From: Octopus vulgaris | Lineage: Eukaryota | Length of the DNA: 64,000 nucleotides | Direction: 5' to 3' | Assembly: GCA_951406725.2 (NCBI GenBank) | Contig: OX597826.1 | Span: 50,282,001-50,346,000 of the forward strand | Shown here: positions 36,601 through 50,500 of the stretch, one piece after another | Numbering within the stretch: position 1 is the first letter of the stretch | Layout of the letters: every line of letters begins with the position of its first letter | Position numbers and translations under genes: made by a program | The notes under the pieces: generated by a model | Told to the model about the DNA's origin: nothing | Database searches by the model: none | Seen by the model: the letters and a program-made list of their open reading frames with translations, nothing else

Positions 36601-39600
36601 CATCATTGAAGGCCATATTTACTGCAGTATTATTCATCTGGAGATAATATTTCTTATAAGACATACAGTTTAATAATGCAAAAATATATCAGTTGCAAAT
36701 GAAAATAGTCTAGCAGCAGTTGTAGTATTATCAGATGCGCATTTCTGACACTTTGGGCTTTGTCTACTACTAATATATTTTTGTTTTTAAATACTGTATA
36801 TTTGTAAGAGATATTATTTCAGTACAAATACTGTAGTAAATTTGGTTTTCTGTGATGTATCTGAATTGAATTAACAATTCCAGTTAAAAATAGCAATCAA
36901 TACCTACTGGGTGGTTGGTGTTAGGAAGGGTATCCTGCTGTAAAAATCTTGTCAAAACAGACACAGAAGTCTGGCCGGCTCCTGGAAGGCGGACATTAAA
37001 CTACGATGACGATATCATTGTTATCATAGACATTAAAGGATGATGATGTGATATATAGATTGCTATTTTGAACCGGAATATTCCAAATATCTTATTGCTT
37101 TCTAACAGTTTAACCACTTTGTCACCATTGCACCAGCATTGGATAAAACAGTTTTAGGTCAGTCCTGACTAAGTAAATCTATGAAAAAAAAAAACAAAAC
37201 ATTCCAGTTGTGACCATTTTTTTGTACATGGATTACAGTTTTGATTTGTCTTTTTTTTTTTCTAAGGTTGTAGGTTATGATTTTAGGAAATTTTGGCTGC
37301 TATTTCTAACAGCTGAGTGATTATGTAAAAACTCTGTTGTCGACTTATTAAACAGAGAATATTGATTCAAAATTTTAGTGCAAAGCCAGCAAGTTGGGGG
37401 GTGGGTGGGGCTAAGTTGATTACATCAACACCAGTACTCAACTGGTATTTATTTTATTGACCCTGAAAGAATGAAAGGCAAAGTTGACCTCGGCAGAATT
37501 TGAACACAAAACATAAAGACAAATGAAATGCTGCTAAGCATTTTGCCCCGTTTACTAATGATTCTGCCAGCTTGCCACTTTATATTAAACAAAATACTGA
37601 TGTATTTGATGTCCCAATAGACTTGAGCAAGTTCACCTCTAACGAAACTTTACAAATGATTGCAGTTAACTGTGTTAAACTATTCAACTCTTTTTCTTTC
37701 ATCACATGCAATTGTACCTTTGGAAATTTTTTCCCCAAACAAAACTAAATGATGTTTAACACTTTGGTAAACTATATTTCTGTTGAAATTCACTGCCTTT
37801 ATTTCAATTACTTTTTAAAATAATGACGAATTTAAGTAAAATAACTTCGTTATTAAGCTAGAGCTTGAAACCTAAATTGACATGAAATTTCAATGGTAAG
37901 TTTTAATGCACATCATTTTAAAGCATGAATTTTGTATCATAGAACCAGAACCAATCTCAGGCAAGATGGTATTAAAAGGCTTATGCTTTACATATTTTTT
38001 TTTGTGAATCAGGATCCATCAAGTCATTGATTAACCTATTAGCATTTAAACTGGCCATATCGAGCACAAATATTCTACCTTATTTTAGGTTCAAACCAAC
38101 CAGATCTAACCTCTCATGCATACACTACAATGTCATTCTAAAAATAAACAAATACTTCATCAAGATCTCGAAGCTATTAGATAATGGTCTGATTAATTTA
38201 AAACAATGTGAATAAATAATCGTTATATTTGTCAGATTAATCTGAATGCTAAAGGGTTAATTGTCAATTTTTATCACCATGGATGAATAATAAATTTCTT
38301 TCTGGATTTAAAATATGAGGCCGTTGCCAGCGCCGCCCCGACTGGCCTCCGTGCTGGTGGCATGTAAAAAGCACCATCCGATCGTGGCCGTTGCCAGCCT
38401 CGCCTGGCCCCCGTGCCGGTGGCATGTAAAAAGCACCCACTACACTCACGGAGTGGTTGGCGTTAGGAAGGGCATCCAGCCGTAGAAACATTGCCAGATC
38501 AGACTGGGCCTGGTGCAGCCTTCTGGCTTCCCAGACCCCAGTTGCACCGTCCAACCCATGCTAGCATGGAAAGCGGACACTAAATGATGATGAATAAATC
38601 TAGTGAAAAAATGCTTTACTGTCTTCATCCGGACGAAAAGAGCTCAAATCCTGCTGAGGTCAATTTTACCTTTTATCCCTTCAGGGTTGGCATAATAAAG
38701 TACCAGTTAAGTTCTAGGGTCAGTGTAATCAGCTAACCCCCTTCTCTTCAAAATTGCTGGCTTTGTGTCAAAATCAGAAATTGTTATTATGATTATTAGG
38801 GTGGTGATTAGCAGAACTATCAGTGCCAGATATCTGCTTTGCAGTATTTCTTTCTGCTCTTTATGTTCTGAGTTCAAATCTTGCCAAGGTCAACTGTACT
38901 TTTCATCCTTTAAAGTTTAAGATCAGATGGTATCAGCTAATCCTGTCTTCCCAAATTTCAAAACTTGTACCTAAATTATAAGAAATTTGAAGGTGGTAGA
39001 TTGGCAGAATCAATAAAGCATATTTTGTAGTATTTGTTCTGGCTCCTTACATTTTGGGTTCAATTCTTACCAAGGTCACTTTTGCTTTTCATCTCTCTGA
39101 GAACAATAAAATTAAGTTCTGGTCAAGTACTTGGGGTCAATGTAATCAACTAATCTGCTCCTGTCAAAATTACTGACCCTGTGCCAAAATTAAAATCAGT
39201 TATTCATTTAATTTACGTTGTTGGTTACAAATTTCCAACTGGCTAATTACTGCTTCATAACAAGAGTGCCAAGGGAGTATCTCTTATTTGGTGCAGAGCA
39301 AATATTTTAAAGGACTTTGCTTTCAAAGTATAAGTTTATGATCTTTCACCAATATACAATCACAACTGATTCCTACAGAAGGACTAGAACACAGTACTAT
39401 AGACCCACCCCCACTACAAAAAAACCACCCCACAAAACAATGGACATTTAATTCTGCTGTGCTTATGCTATCTACATTTGTGAACTATCTCACCTGTGAT
39501 TCTTGTACATAATTTATTATTGGATTGGTTGGCATTAGGAAGAGCCATAGAAACCATGTCAAATCAAACTGGAACCTGGTGTAGCACCCCCAGCTTTCAG

Positions 39601-42600
39601 TTAGACCATCCAACCCATGCCAGCATGGAAAATGGATGTTAAATGAAGATGATGATGAATTTACCTGCAGGTAGACTTCATTATCGGGTATCTCTTGTTT
39701 ACAGAGACAATGCTTAAATATTTTTACAATACTCTGTAACCTAAAAAATGAAACCCTTAGCAAATGTGACCTTGTATTCAGATCTTCTACTGTTAATTTT
39801 CTTTGAAACATGGTTCAGTATTACAATGTATTTGGACAAATTAAACTTACTTCAGATCTGTTCAGTTTCACTCACAGATTTTTTAATTATTTTTTGTTAA
39901 CTAGACAGTTTGAAACTTTATACTCATGTAATTTTTCACGCTCAACACAGTTTACTTTCAATATTTTTGACATTTTTGAAGTTATTTCATGTTAAAGTTG
40001 TCATATTTGGGTAATTTTAACCAATCAACGATGTGTATTCAATTGAAGAAAGCTACTGCTGTTTGCAATAGTAATCGAAGAGAAGCAGCTTCTGGGTCAT
40101 CTCTGCTTTTACAGTCTGTCTGAGACTAGTGAAATCATAGCAGTTAGCATTTCTCTTCAACAGTTGTAAATCTAACAAGAGGAGTGCTAATTCCTAGGTC
40201 TACTCTATCAGGAGTGATTTGGATCTAACCAAACTCTAATATTGCTATAGCTTGTACAGTTTATTTTAGGAAATGTTTGGTAAAGTTCTGTTGTTAGACT
40301 ATTATTGCTGAATGATGTCATATTCATAAGTCAATGTCTCATCTTTCTTTTTCTAGGATTTCCACAAAGAGCTACCTTCATTACTGGCTAGTATTCTCAG
40401 CATTATAGGTAAGGAAAAACACTTCCTGTCAAATTTCATCTTTTCATTTGATCAAGGTTCATAGAAACTGCAAGTGTATTTGGTAGGAAGTAACTAAAAG
40501 TTTGTTTTTATTTTTACACACACACACACATTTATACATGCACGCATGCCTGTGTGGTAAGAAGTTTGCTTCTCAACCATATGGTTTCTGGTTCAGTCCC
40601 ACTGCATACCACCTTGGGCAAGTGTCTTCTACAAAGCCTTGGGCCAACCAAAGCCTTGAGAGTGGATTTGGTAGACGGAAACTGAAAAAAGTTTGTCATT
40701 AGTATGGGGTGGTGTTGTCCTCCACCACCACTTGACAACTGGTGTTAGTGTGTTTACATCCTCGTAGCTTAGCAGTTTGGCAATATAGAATGATAGAATA
40801 AGTACCAGGCTTTAAAAGAAAATACTAAGGCCAATTCATTTGACTAAAAATTCTTCAAGGCAAAGCCCCAGCCTGGCTGCAGTCTAATGACTGAAACAAA
40901 CAAAAGATAAAAGAGATGTATGTATGTTTGTGGGAGTGAGTTACTATTTCTTTCATCTTCACATGTGTTCACTGATTGTAAACAATGGCTTGCTGATAGT
41001 GTTGTTCGCTTACAGTCCACTGTGAAAGCATGGCTGATATATTTTGATATTGTACAATCTTTGTGATGAGAAGGCTCATTCATTTGAAGTCATTCAGTTC
41101 CAGTTCTATACATGTCTGAGTTGTTGGTTGTTCCATAGACTGGGAGATTACTCACTTGGGAACAAGCGAGTGCTGGCAACAGAAAGAGCACTGGGCACCC
41201 AGTGTACTTTGCCCTAGTGGTACTCTCATTTCACCGATGCACATTTGGAAATGTTGACATTAAAACAATGATGATAATAACCCTTTCATTACCAACCCAG
41301 CTGAAACCAGCTTTAGCTCTGAGTACAAATGTCTTATCTTTTAACCTTTTGTTTCAGTCATTTGACTGTGGCCATGCTGGAGCACTGCCTTTAGTCGAGC
41401 AAATTGACCCCAGAGCCCTGCTTGCACCTATCAGAGCTGTACCAAGACAGATTTTTAGTTTCCCACGTTATAAGTTATTCTGTATAAACGACGCTGTGAC
41501 TCTATATTTGATTATCCTTATGCAATAACTTTGTACCTTCCCTTGTAGATGTTGAATCAAGTTGCAGTGATGATAAACAACAGCGAGATCGGTTTCTTCT
41601 ACTGGTTTCTGGAATGGTGGTAAGTTTTCTTAATACATTGTTTTATGAAATTCTTTATGTCCAAGATGAGTTGTTTATAAGGATAAGACCTCTGCTGACT
41701 ATTAACCTCAGAGGCAAGGGACGAGGTGGTGAAGCATGATCTTTGAATGTTGGGCTTCACAGAGGCAATGACTAGTGACTGAGACCATGGCAATATGCTG
41801 TGCTTGAGAGGACTCATCAAGCCGAGTGAAACTGTGGCCATGACCATTGCCAGTATCATGTAAACAGGCTTTAGCAGAGGACATCAACAACCATGAAGGT
41901 GGCAAATGTCTTACTTTGTTTTGATTTCTGTTGTTTTCTAAATAAGAAATATATTCTTAAAGCAGGGCCTTAAACCCTTCTTTGCACCACAACCAACCTG
42001 GAAGAGCAGGTCTGTATTTAGTAACCTTTCACTGTTTCATGCCTACAGACAAGTACTAGATGTTATATTTTGTGTCTCTTGAAGGGGCTGCCACACCAAC
42101 ACAAATCCTATTAACTCTTCTTAGACATTAACAGTCCCCACAAAATATAATCATCATTGTCATCACCACTATCGTAACTTAATGTCCATCTTCCATGCAT
42201 GCATGGGTAGGATGGTTTACAAGAGCTGGCCAGGTAGAAGAACTACTCTATGCTACTCTGTTATGAAATTTGTTATAATTTCATTTGATTAACTTTCTGA
42301 AAATTAATTCAAAGAATGATTAAAAACCATTATGATTAGAAATTTTCACTTGTCTTTTTTTTTTTAATTCAAATTTTAATTTTTTAATTTATTTTTAGGG
42401 TATTGTCCCTGATTGTGTTTTGAAAGAGAGATTGGACCAAGAGACTTTAGAATGTGTGGGTTTAATACAATCTAAACAACTCTTCCAACAAAAATATGTT
42501 AAAACCAAGACAAAACTCTAGTAAGTGTATTTTTGTTTCTGATTCCATTTATTCCCTATATATATATATTTTGTATCATATTTTGTATCATTCTAAATCT

Positions 42601-43046
42601 TGTTTACTCACTGTTACCACAATTGCTACCCACTCATCTTTAATCATTCTTGTTTGCAGCTACAAACAACAGAAATTCAACTTACTTCGTGAACTGCTAT
42701 GTCATTTTTTACTTATTCTATTTTTTATTCATTTGTCTTTTCTACTCTTAAATGTTCCTGGTTCCAATGTTCATTCCCCTGCTTATCTGCTATTTGCAAG
42801 TACTGGAAACTATCAAGTCATTAATAGGTTTGTAAACTGGATTATCATTTGTTATTGGTTATGTAGCAATCTTCAGACATCATCTTGTTATTCTACCTTC
42901 TAATTGCATATTTTCTTGCCACCACCACACCATGTGACAGAAAAACTATATATAAATATGCAGATTCAATTATTTTTCAGTAACTTGCCTGAAGACTCTG
43001 TGCACCCACAGGTGAATTCAGAATTGCAAGAGACTGATTCAACCAA

Positions 43047-43094
<48 letters not shown>

Positions 43095-46000
43095 GATTTT
43101 AATAATAATTTTGTGCAGTATTTCAACTGTGTGTATTATGTAGCAACTAGTTTGGAAATAACAGAACCACACCTGTACCTTACATATATCTATTTCATTA
43201 TCTTCTGCAATATTTCATCTGTGTGTAACACCTAGTCTGGTATATTTGCAGCTACAAACAACAGAAATTCAACTTACTTCGTGAAGAAAGTGAAGGTTAT
43301 GCAAAACTTATGAGTGAACTAAATCAAGACCTGTCAGATGGTATTGGGTATTTGCAAGTACTGGAAACTATCAAGTCATTAATAGGTTGGTAAACTGGGT
43401 TATCATTTGTTATTGGTTATGTAGCAATCTTCAGACATCGTCTATTATTCTACCTTTAATGAAGCTCAATGTAGTTCTGTGTCATGTGGAATTTTGTCAA
43501 ACCATCTAACTTCTGCCAGCAAAGGTAAGATGGTTTAACTGGGATTAGTATGTCAAAAAGCTGGATCTGTAATCTGTTTTGGCTTGGTTTCTATGGTTGA
43601 ATGCTCTTCCTAATGCCAACCACTTCACAAATTGCTCTGGGTGTCTTTGGCATGTCACCAGCATGGATACCTTTTTTTTTATATCTATATGTATATATAT
43701 ATATATATTTATATACACACACAACATGTGTGTGTTTCCTTATCTTGACATCACATGCTAGTTGTAAATGAATGTCAGTCACACAAGCAATCTCATTCAT
43801 TTGCAATCTTCTGTCAAAAGACATGTCCAGCTTTTGTGGTGTTCTGGCAACAAGAAGGCATCTGGCCATAGAAAATTTTCCTCTGAATTTTGCTTGACCC
43901 CTGCATGTATGGAAAAGTAGACATTAAAATGTGATGATGTTAAATCAAAAATAGAGGGGGAAAAAATAATGATTACTTGTTTATTTCCAGGTGCTTTTGG
44001 TATCTTTCAGTGAATAATAACATTGTTTAAATTGGTCACATATTGATGAATTTAAGCCTTACTATACTGAGGTATTCTCTTGAGCAGGGGTTCTCAACTA
44101 TTTTTTATTTATGGTCTCCCTTTGGTTATTATTTTATTCTGGTGGATCCCCATAGCCATTTGATGTTTAAAAGCTAATTTTATAGAATGTTATTAATGTT
44201 TGCACATATTAATTTGTGTAGGTTGAACTATGTAAAATGTTAGAGAAAGAATCCTAGCTGTTTCTTGCTATACATACCAATACCTATGCCAAAAGCAAAA
44301 TTTTTTTCAGGGGCCCTTAAAATACCATTGTGGATCCCTGATTTACTATTTTGTTGTGTGGACCCTGGTTGAGAATCTACTCTTGAGCATGTTACATAAC
44401 TGTGATCCAGTTTACCTAACATAAAACAAGTTCATCTCCTTCTACTTTGCTTTGAGTGATGATCAGTAAGATGTGGAATACCTATGCCAAAAGCAAAATT
44501 TTTTCAGGGGCCCTTAAAATACCATTGTGGATCCCCAATTTACTATTTTGTTGTGTGGACCCTGGTTGAGAATCACTTCTCTTGAGCATGTTACATAACT
44601 GTGATCCAGTTTACCTAACATAAAACAAGTTCATCTCCTTCTATATGGACATTTGTCTGTAAAAAAAGTTTTATTTTATTTATTGTATTTAAATTTTTTC
44701 TTTTGAAGGTTGCTTTGATCTTGACCCCAATAGAGTGCTCGATATACTGCTGGAATCGTTTGAGTGCCGTCCTGAGAATGAGCAATTTTTCATTGCTTTG
44801 TTTACGCTGTACATGAGTGAACAGAAGACTTTGTGTCATGTACTCGGGTTCAAATTTCATTTTTATCAGGTAATATAGATTCACAATCCTTCTCTTGTGT
44901 GCATAAATATTGATGTCTAACATAGGTGCAGTAGCTCAAATTTTAGGGGGTTGTGTATTCACTAATATTGGCTTCAAGTTTTGGCACAGGGCCAGCAATT
45001 TCAGAAGAGGGGGCTAAATTCATTAAATTGACTCCAATGCTCAAATGATACTTATTTTATTGATCACAAAAGGATGAAAGGCAAAGGTCAGCCCCAGCAG
45101 AATTTGAACCTAGAACATAAAGATGGATGACTTGCTAACGATTCTGCCAGCTCACTGCCTTATTGGATTCAAATTTTGGTATAAGGCCAGCAATTTCAAA
45201 GGAGGGGGCTAAATTCGTTAAATTGACTCCAATGCTCAAATGATACTTATTTTATTGATCACAAAAGGATGAAAGGCAAAGGTCAGCCCCAGCAGAATTT
45301 GAACTTAGAACATAAAGATGGATGACTTGCTAATGATTCTGCCAGCTCACTAATATTGACCACAGTTTATTATTGCTACAGTCTTTATTGATTCCTGAAA
45401 GGCTAATAGACAAAGTCAACTTTGGTGGGATTTGAACTCAGAAGCTAACTAAACACTGCAAAACATTTTGTCCATTAGTCTAGTGATTCTGTCAATTTGC
45501 TCCCACCCCTCACTTTTGTATGCTTAGATATTGATGAGAAACATGTGTTAGTTTCTGCAAATGGCTTGGATTCTTAAAGCAAGAAATGGAAGAATTATGA
45601 AACTATATGTTTATATATGATTAAGAAGCTCATTTTGCAATGTGGTGGTTTTGGATTAAGTCCCACTACACAACACCTTGACAATCTCAGGCTGACCAAT
45701 GCCTCATAGATGAAAACTGTAGAAGAATGTCTGTTTGTGTGTCTGTCATCTCCCTACTACTAACTGACAGCTGGTGTTGGTTTGTTTATGTCCTTAGTAG
45801 TTCAGCGAAAGGGTCTGATAGAATAAGTACCAGACTTAAAACAACATAAGTACTGGAGTCAGTTTGATTAAAACCCTTCAAGGTTCTATATCTAAGTATA
45901 GAAGTCAAATTTGATTAATTAACTGAATAAATCAAGGATTGTCTAACTTCAAATGATAATCCTTGGTAACATAAAGGAAATATTTAGAGGCTATCATCAC

Positions 46001-47539
46001 ATCAATATTTTTTTTAGCTGTTGTTGTTAAGCCCTAGGTCAGCCTCGGCAGATCAAACATGCTCCACCCATGACCATCTCATATCTTTGTATATCAAAGA
46101 CTACATTGTCTAACATAAGTTTTGTTTTTGAGACGTGATGCTTTTCTAGCAGTATTTATAAGTATTTGAAAAGGGTGGTTGTGTGAAGTACATGTATTGG
46201 TTATGATTTTAAAATATCTCTCTTTATTTTTGCAGTCTGCTGCTGAAGATAGTCCAGATTCTTTGTATAAAGTTGCAGCACTTTTACTAAAACATAACCT
46301 GATAGAACTGGATGACTTATATCCACATGTAAGTACATATATATTCCTTTATCTTTTTTTAGTTTAAAATTTTATTCTTGTTTCAGTCATTTGACTGCAG
46401 CCATGCTGGAGCAACGCCTCTAGTTGAAGAAATCAACCTCAGGACTTAATTCTTTGTGAGCCTAGTACTTATTCTATCGAGTATCTATTGGCAAACTGCT
46501 AAGTTATGGGGATGTAAACATACCAACATCAGTTGTCAGTCTGTGGTGGGGGACAAACACACACACACATATACGACTGGCATCTTTCAGTTTCCATCTA
46601 CCAAATCCGCTCACAAGGCTTTGGTCAGCTCGATGCTATAGTAAAAGACACTTGTCCGAGGTGCCATGCAGTAGGACTGAACCCAAGACCATGTGTTTGG
46701 GAAGCAAACTTCTTGCCACACCTGCACCTGTGTGTGTGTATATATATACACACACACACACACATACATACATACATGTATACACACATATTTATGAATT
46801 TGTATTGCCGGATTCCTTATGTGAAGGAAAAATAACTGTATAAAGGACATTGATACTCTCAAACACGCATGCAGTTACTTCACAGATAGCCGCAACAATA
46901 TCCACAACACAGCTAACAACAATAGCAACAACAACAACATCTACCATGATGGCATCAGTGTGGGCAAACAAACACACAAACACAGTGAGTTACAAGAACA
47001 GTATGTAAAGTCGGGTTCAAGGGTAGCAGCATCGACAATAGGGTAGGGGACGGGGCTGAGGGGAGGGTCATAGTACTACTAAGAGCAATGACACACACAC
47101 ACACAAACCCCGATGCATGCGCATATAAGGATACACATCTTAGGAGAATGGAATGGAATAAGCAGAGCAAGAGCATACACGCAGACGGAAGATGTCACTG
47201 AGGAGGTCACAGATGTGTGATGAAAGATGGACAATGGACACGAGTTAGAATATGAACAGTAATAAACGAGTGAAGATTGAATATACAGTGCATGTGTTTA
47301 TTTGGCAAAAAAAGACAAAAATGACCATCTCGAAATACATCAATATATATATGCAAAGGTGACATTAAAGCGCAGGAATGGCTGTGTGGTAAGTAGCTTG
47401 CTAACCAACCACATGGTTCCGGGTTCAGTCCCACTGCGTGGCATCTTGGGCAAGTGTCTTCTGCTATAGCCCCGGGCTGACCAATGCCTTGTGAGTGGAT
47501 TTGGTAGACGGAAACTGAAAGAAGCCTGTCGTATATATG

Positions 47540-47572
<33 letters not shown>

Positions 47573-50500
47573 TTGTGTCTCTGTGTTTGTTCCCCTAGCA
47601 TTGCGTGACAACCGATGCTGGTGTGTTTACGTCACTTAGCGGTTCGACAAAAAGAGACCGATAGAATAAGTACTGGGCTTACAAAAAGAATAAGTCCCGG
47701 GGTCGAGTTGCTCGATTAAAGGCGGTGCTCCAGCATGGCCGCAGTCAAATGACTGAAACAAGTAAAAGAGTATATACACACATGGTTCTATATATTTTTT
47801 TTATACATTAGTCATCTTTCTTCTGTCATAATTTTTTAATCATTTTATTCATCTTATTGGTTGTTGAAAATTTCACTAAAAGGATACAGGCACAACAGTG
47901 TGGTCAAGAAGTTTGCTTTGCAACTATGTGGCTTCAGTTTCAGTCGCACTGCACAGTACTTTGGGCAGATGTTTTCTACTTTAGCCCCACACTGACTGAA
48001 GCCTTGTGAGTGAATTTGGTAGAGAGAAACTGAAATATATCTTATATCGAGTGTGTGTTTTGACATTATGTAGTAATTGTAGATGAATGTCATTTGTGTG
48101 TACAACCTTCTATGAAAACCTAGAGAAAATATTACCTTGTTTGGAAACATGTTAAGGCTGGCCACAGGAAGAGCATCAAACCATAGAAAATCCGACTCAA
48201 TGAATTCTATCTTAGCCATGCAAAGGTGCAGATACATACATGCATACAGACATTTGTGTATTGTGGTATCCTTGTCTTGATTTCACTGTGATGGTGCGTG
48301 GCTAAGTGGTTAGGGTATTTGGCTCAAGATTTGTAAGGTGAGTTCAATTCCTGGTGATGTGTTGTGTCCTTGAGCAAGACACTTTATTTCATGTTGCTGT
48401 AGTTCACTCAGCTGGCAAAAAGGAGTTGTACAAGCCATGTCACACTCCGTGTCATGCTGAATCTCCCTGAGAAGTATGTTAAGGGTACATGTGTCTGTGG
48501 AGTGCTCAGCCACTTGAAGGTTGTTCTGTTGATTGGATTAATTGGAATCCTTGTCATCATAACCGGCAGAGCGCTAGTTTTGATTTCACCAGATACTTGT
48601 AACAGATGCCACTGTTGAATGAATGGTGCTTGCAATCCTCCATGAAAGCATGTCTGGACTTGGGAGAATATTACCTTACTTAAAAACTATGTAAGGGTTG
48701 GTGACAGGAAGAGCATCCAGCCACAGAAAAATCTGCCTCAGCTTTAACTTGGTCTAACTCAATGCAAACATGGGAAAGCAAATGTCAAAATGAAATGACG
48801 ATATTGGTAATTTTTGAAAAGAAACAGAAAATAAGAAGGAAAATGACTTTTTATCTGTTTTATTGAAATGTTTAAATTCAGCAAATAACAGATTAATTTG
48901 AATGCATCTTTTGCAGTTATGTCCTGCTGATACTAGCATCGTTGAGTATCACCAACGTATCTTACTGGAGGCTAAACAACTAGCTCGCAAGCTTAGCATA
49001 GTTTGTGTGTCAGACAAAGCCAATGAGAAGGACAAAGAAAATGATAACGATGCTAAAATCAATCTCGTAAGTATAAAATTTGGAAGTATATTTTAAAGAA
49101 ATCCCTTTCTATTATTATTTAACAATAGTTTCTGTTGTTAATTTGATGTTAATTTCTTGTTTTGTTTCATTTCTTTTAGCAAGACAGCAATCAGAAACTC
49201 GGCTTGTGCAAAGCCTTGCTAAGTGTTGGAGATTGGCCACATGCTAAAGCTATTATGGATAGACTCCCTGATTACTTTGCCACTTCTCATAAACCAACAG
49301 CTCAAGCCTTGTGTGCTTTAATCCATTCGCTAATTGAACCTATATACAGGGAGTAAGTTATGTCTATTTTATTCTTTCAATCACTATGCATTAATTTATC
49401 TTTTAGTTATCAATTTATCATTGGTTTCAAATTTTGGCATATGACCATCATTTTTTTTTTTGGTGGGGGGCAGAATAAGTTGATTATATAAACCCCAATG
49501 CTCCACTGGTACTTATTTTTATCAACCCTGAAAGGATGAAAAGCAAAGTTGATCTTGATGGCATTTGAACTCAGAACATAAAGAGCTGGAAGAAATGCCA
49601 CTAAGTATTTTATCCATTGCAGTAACAATTCTGCCAGCTTGCTGCCTTTCAATTTATCATTAACATCTCATAAACCTACAGTTCAATTGCTGAGTGCTTT
49701 AACTATTTTAGTACCAACTTGCATGAGACTGCCCCTGATTCTATAATACCAACATTTCAGATATCAACTGTTTCAAAGTGTTCTAAATTAAAAAAGAATC
49801 TTCCAACAAAATTTCATGTTAATTTATGTTCCAAATACCAGCTTAATAATGACAAAGTTCTAATAATTTCTTTAGTATTTTCAAAATAATGTGTAAAAAG
49901 TTAGTGTATTTTAACAGAAAAATGTTAATGAAAAAGATTAATCCATTCCCTTATTTGAACTTATTCAGGAATAAGTTGTATTCATATTACTGCTTCATCA
50001 GTTAATATTACAAAATCATTGATTTGTTATCAATAACATCAGATGTCTTCTTTTCAATACTAGTATGGGTTATACAGTCCTTCATAGATGAGCTGGTTAT
50101 TAAGAGTTATTGCTCTCCTGTCTTGCTACAGTTTCCCTGGCTGGATGCCCTAATTTACAGGGTGTTCTGGATGCATTTTATTATAGCACCAGCACTAAAG
50201 GGCCACCTTATCTCTAGCAAAACTAAAGAGGCATCTCTACTCTATGTTGTCTACATTTTGTCATGACACCTGCACTAGAGAAGTTTGTCTCATCCTGGCA
50301 AGACGAAAGAATGTCTCCCTCTTCTCTCAGTTTTCTCTCTCCCTGAGTTTGTTTTTTCTTTCTCACACAACTGGGTGGGAAGAGAACCCAGACAAAAGAG
50401 TGGAAGAACAAGTGAGGGAGTTATAGTTACGTAATTGTAAGGAGATTCTATAGAAACATCATGCCCAAGAGGATGATTAAAGAAGCAGAGAGCGGGAGAG

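Noticed and set aside
42496-42903. Independent 135-aa gene
   Set aside because: The ORF is a composite of out-of-frame exon 5 end, intron and the exon 6 duplicate, which is covered as a separate finding.
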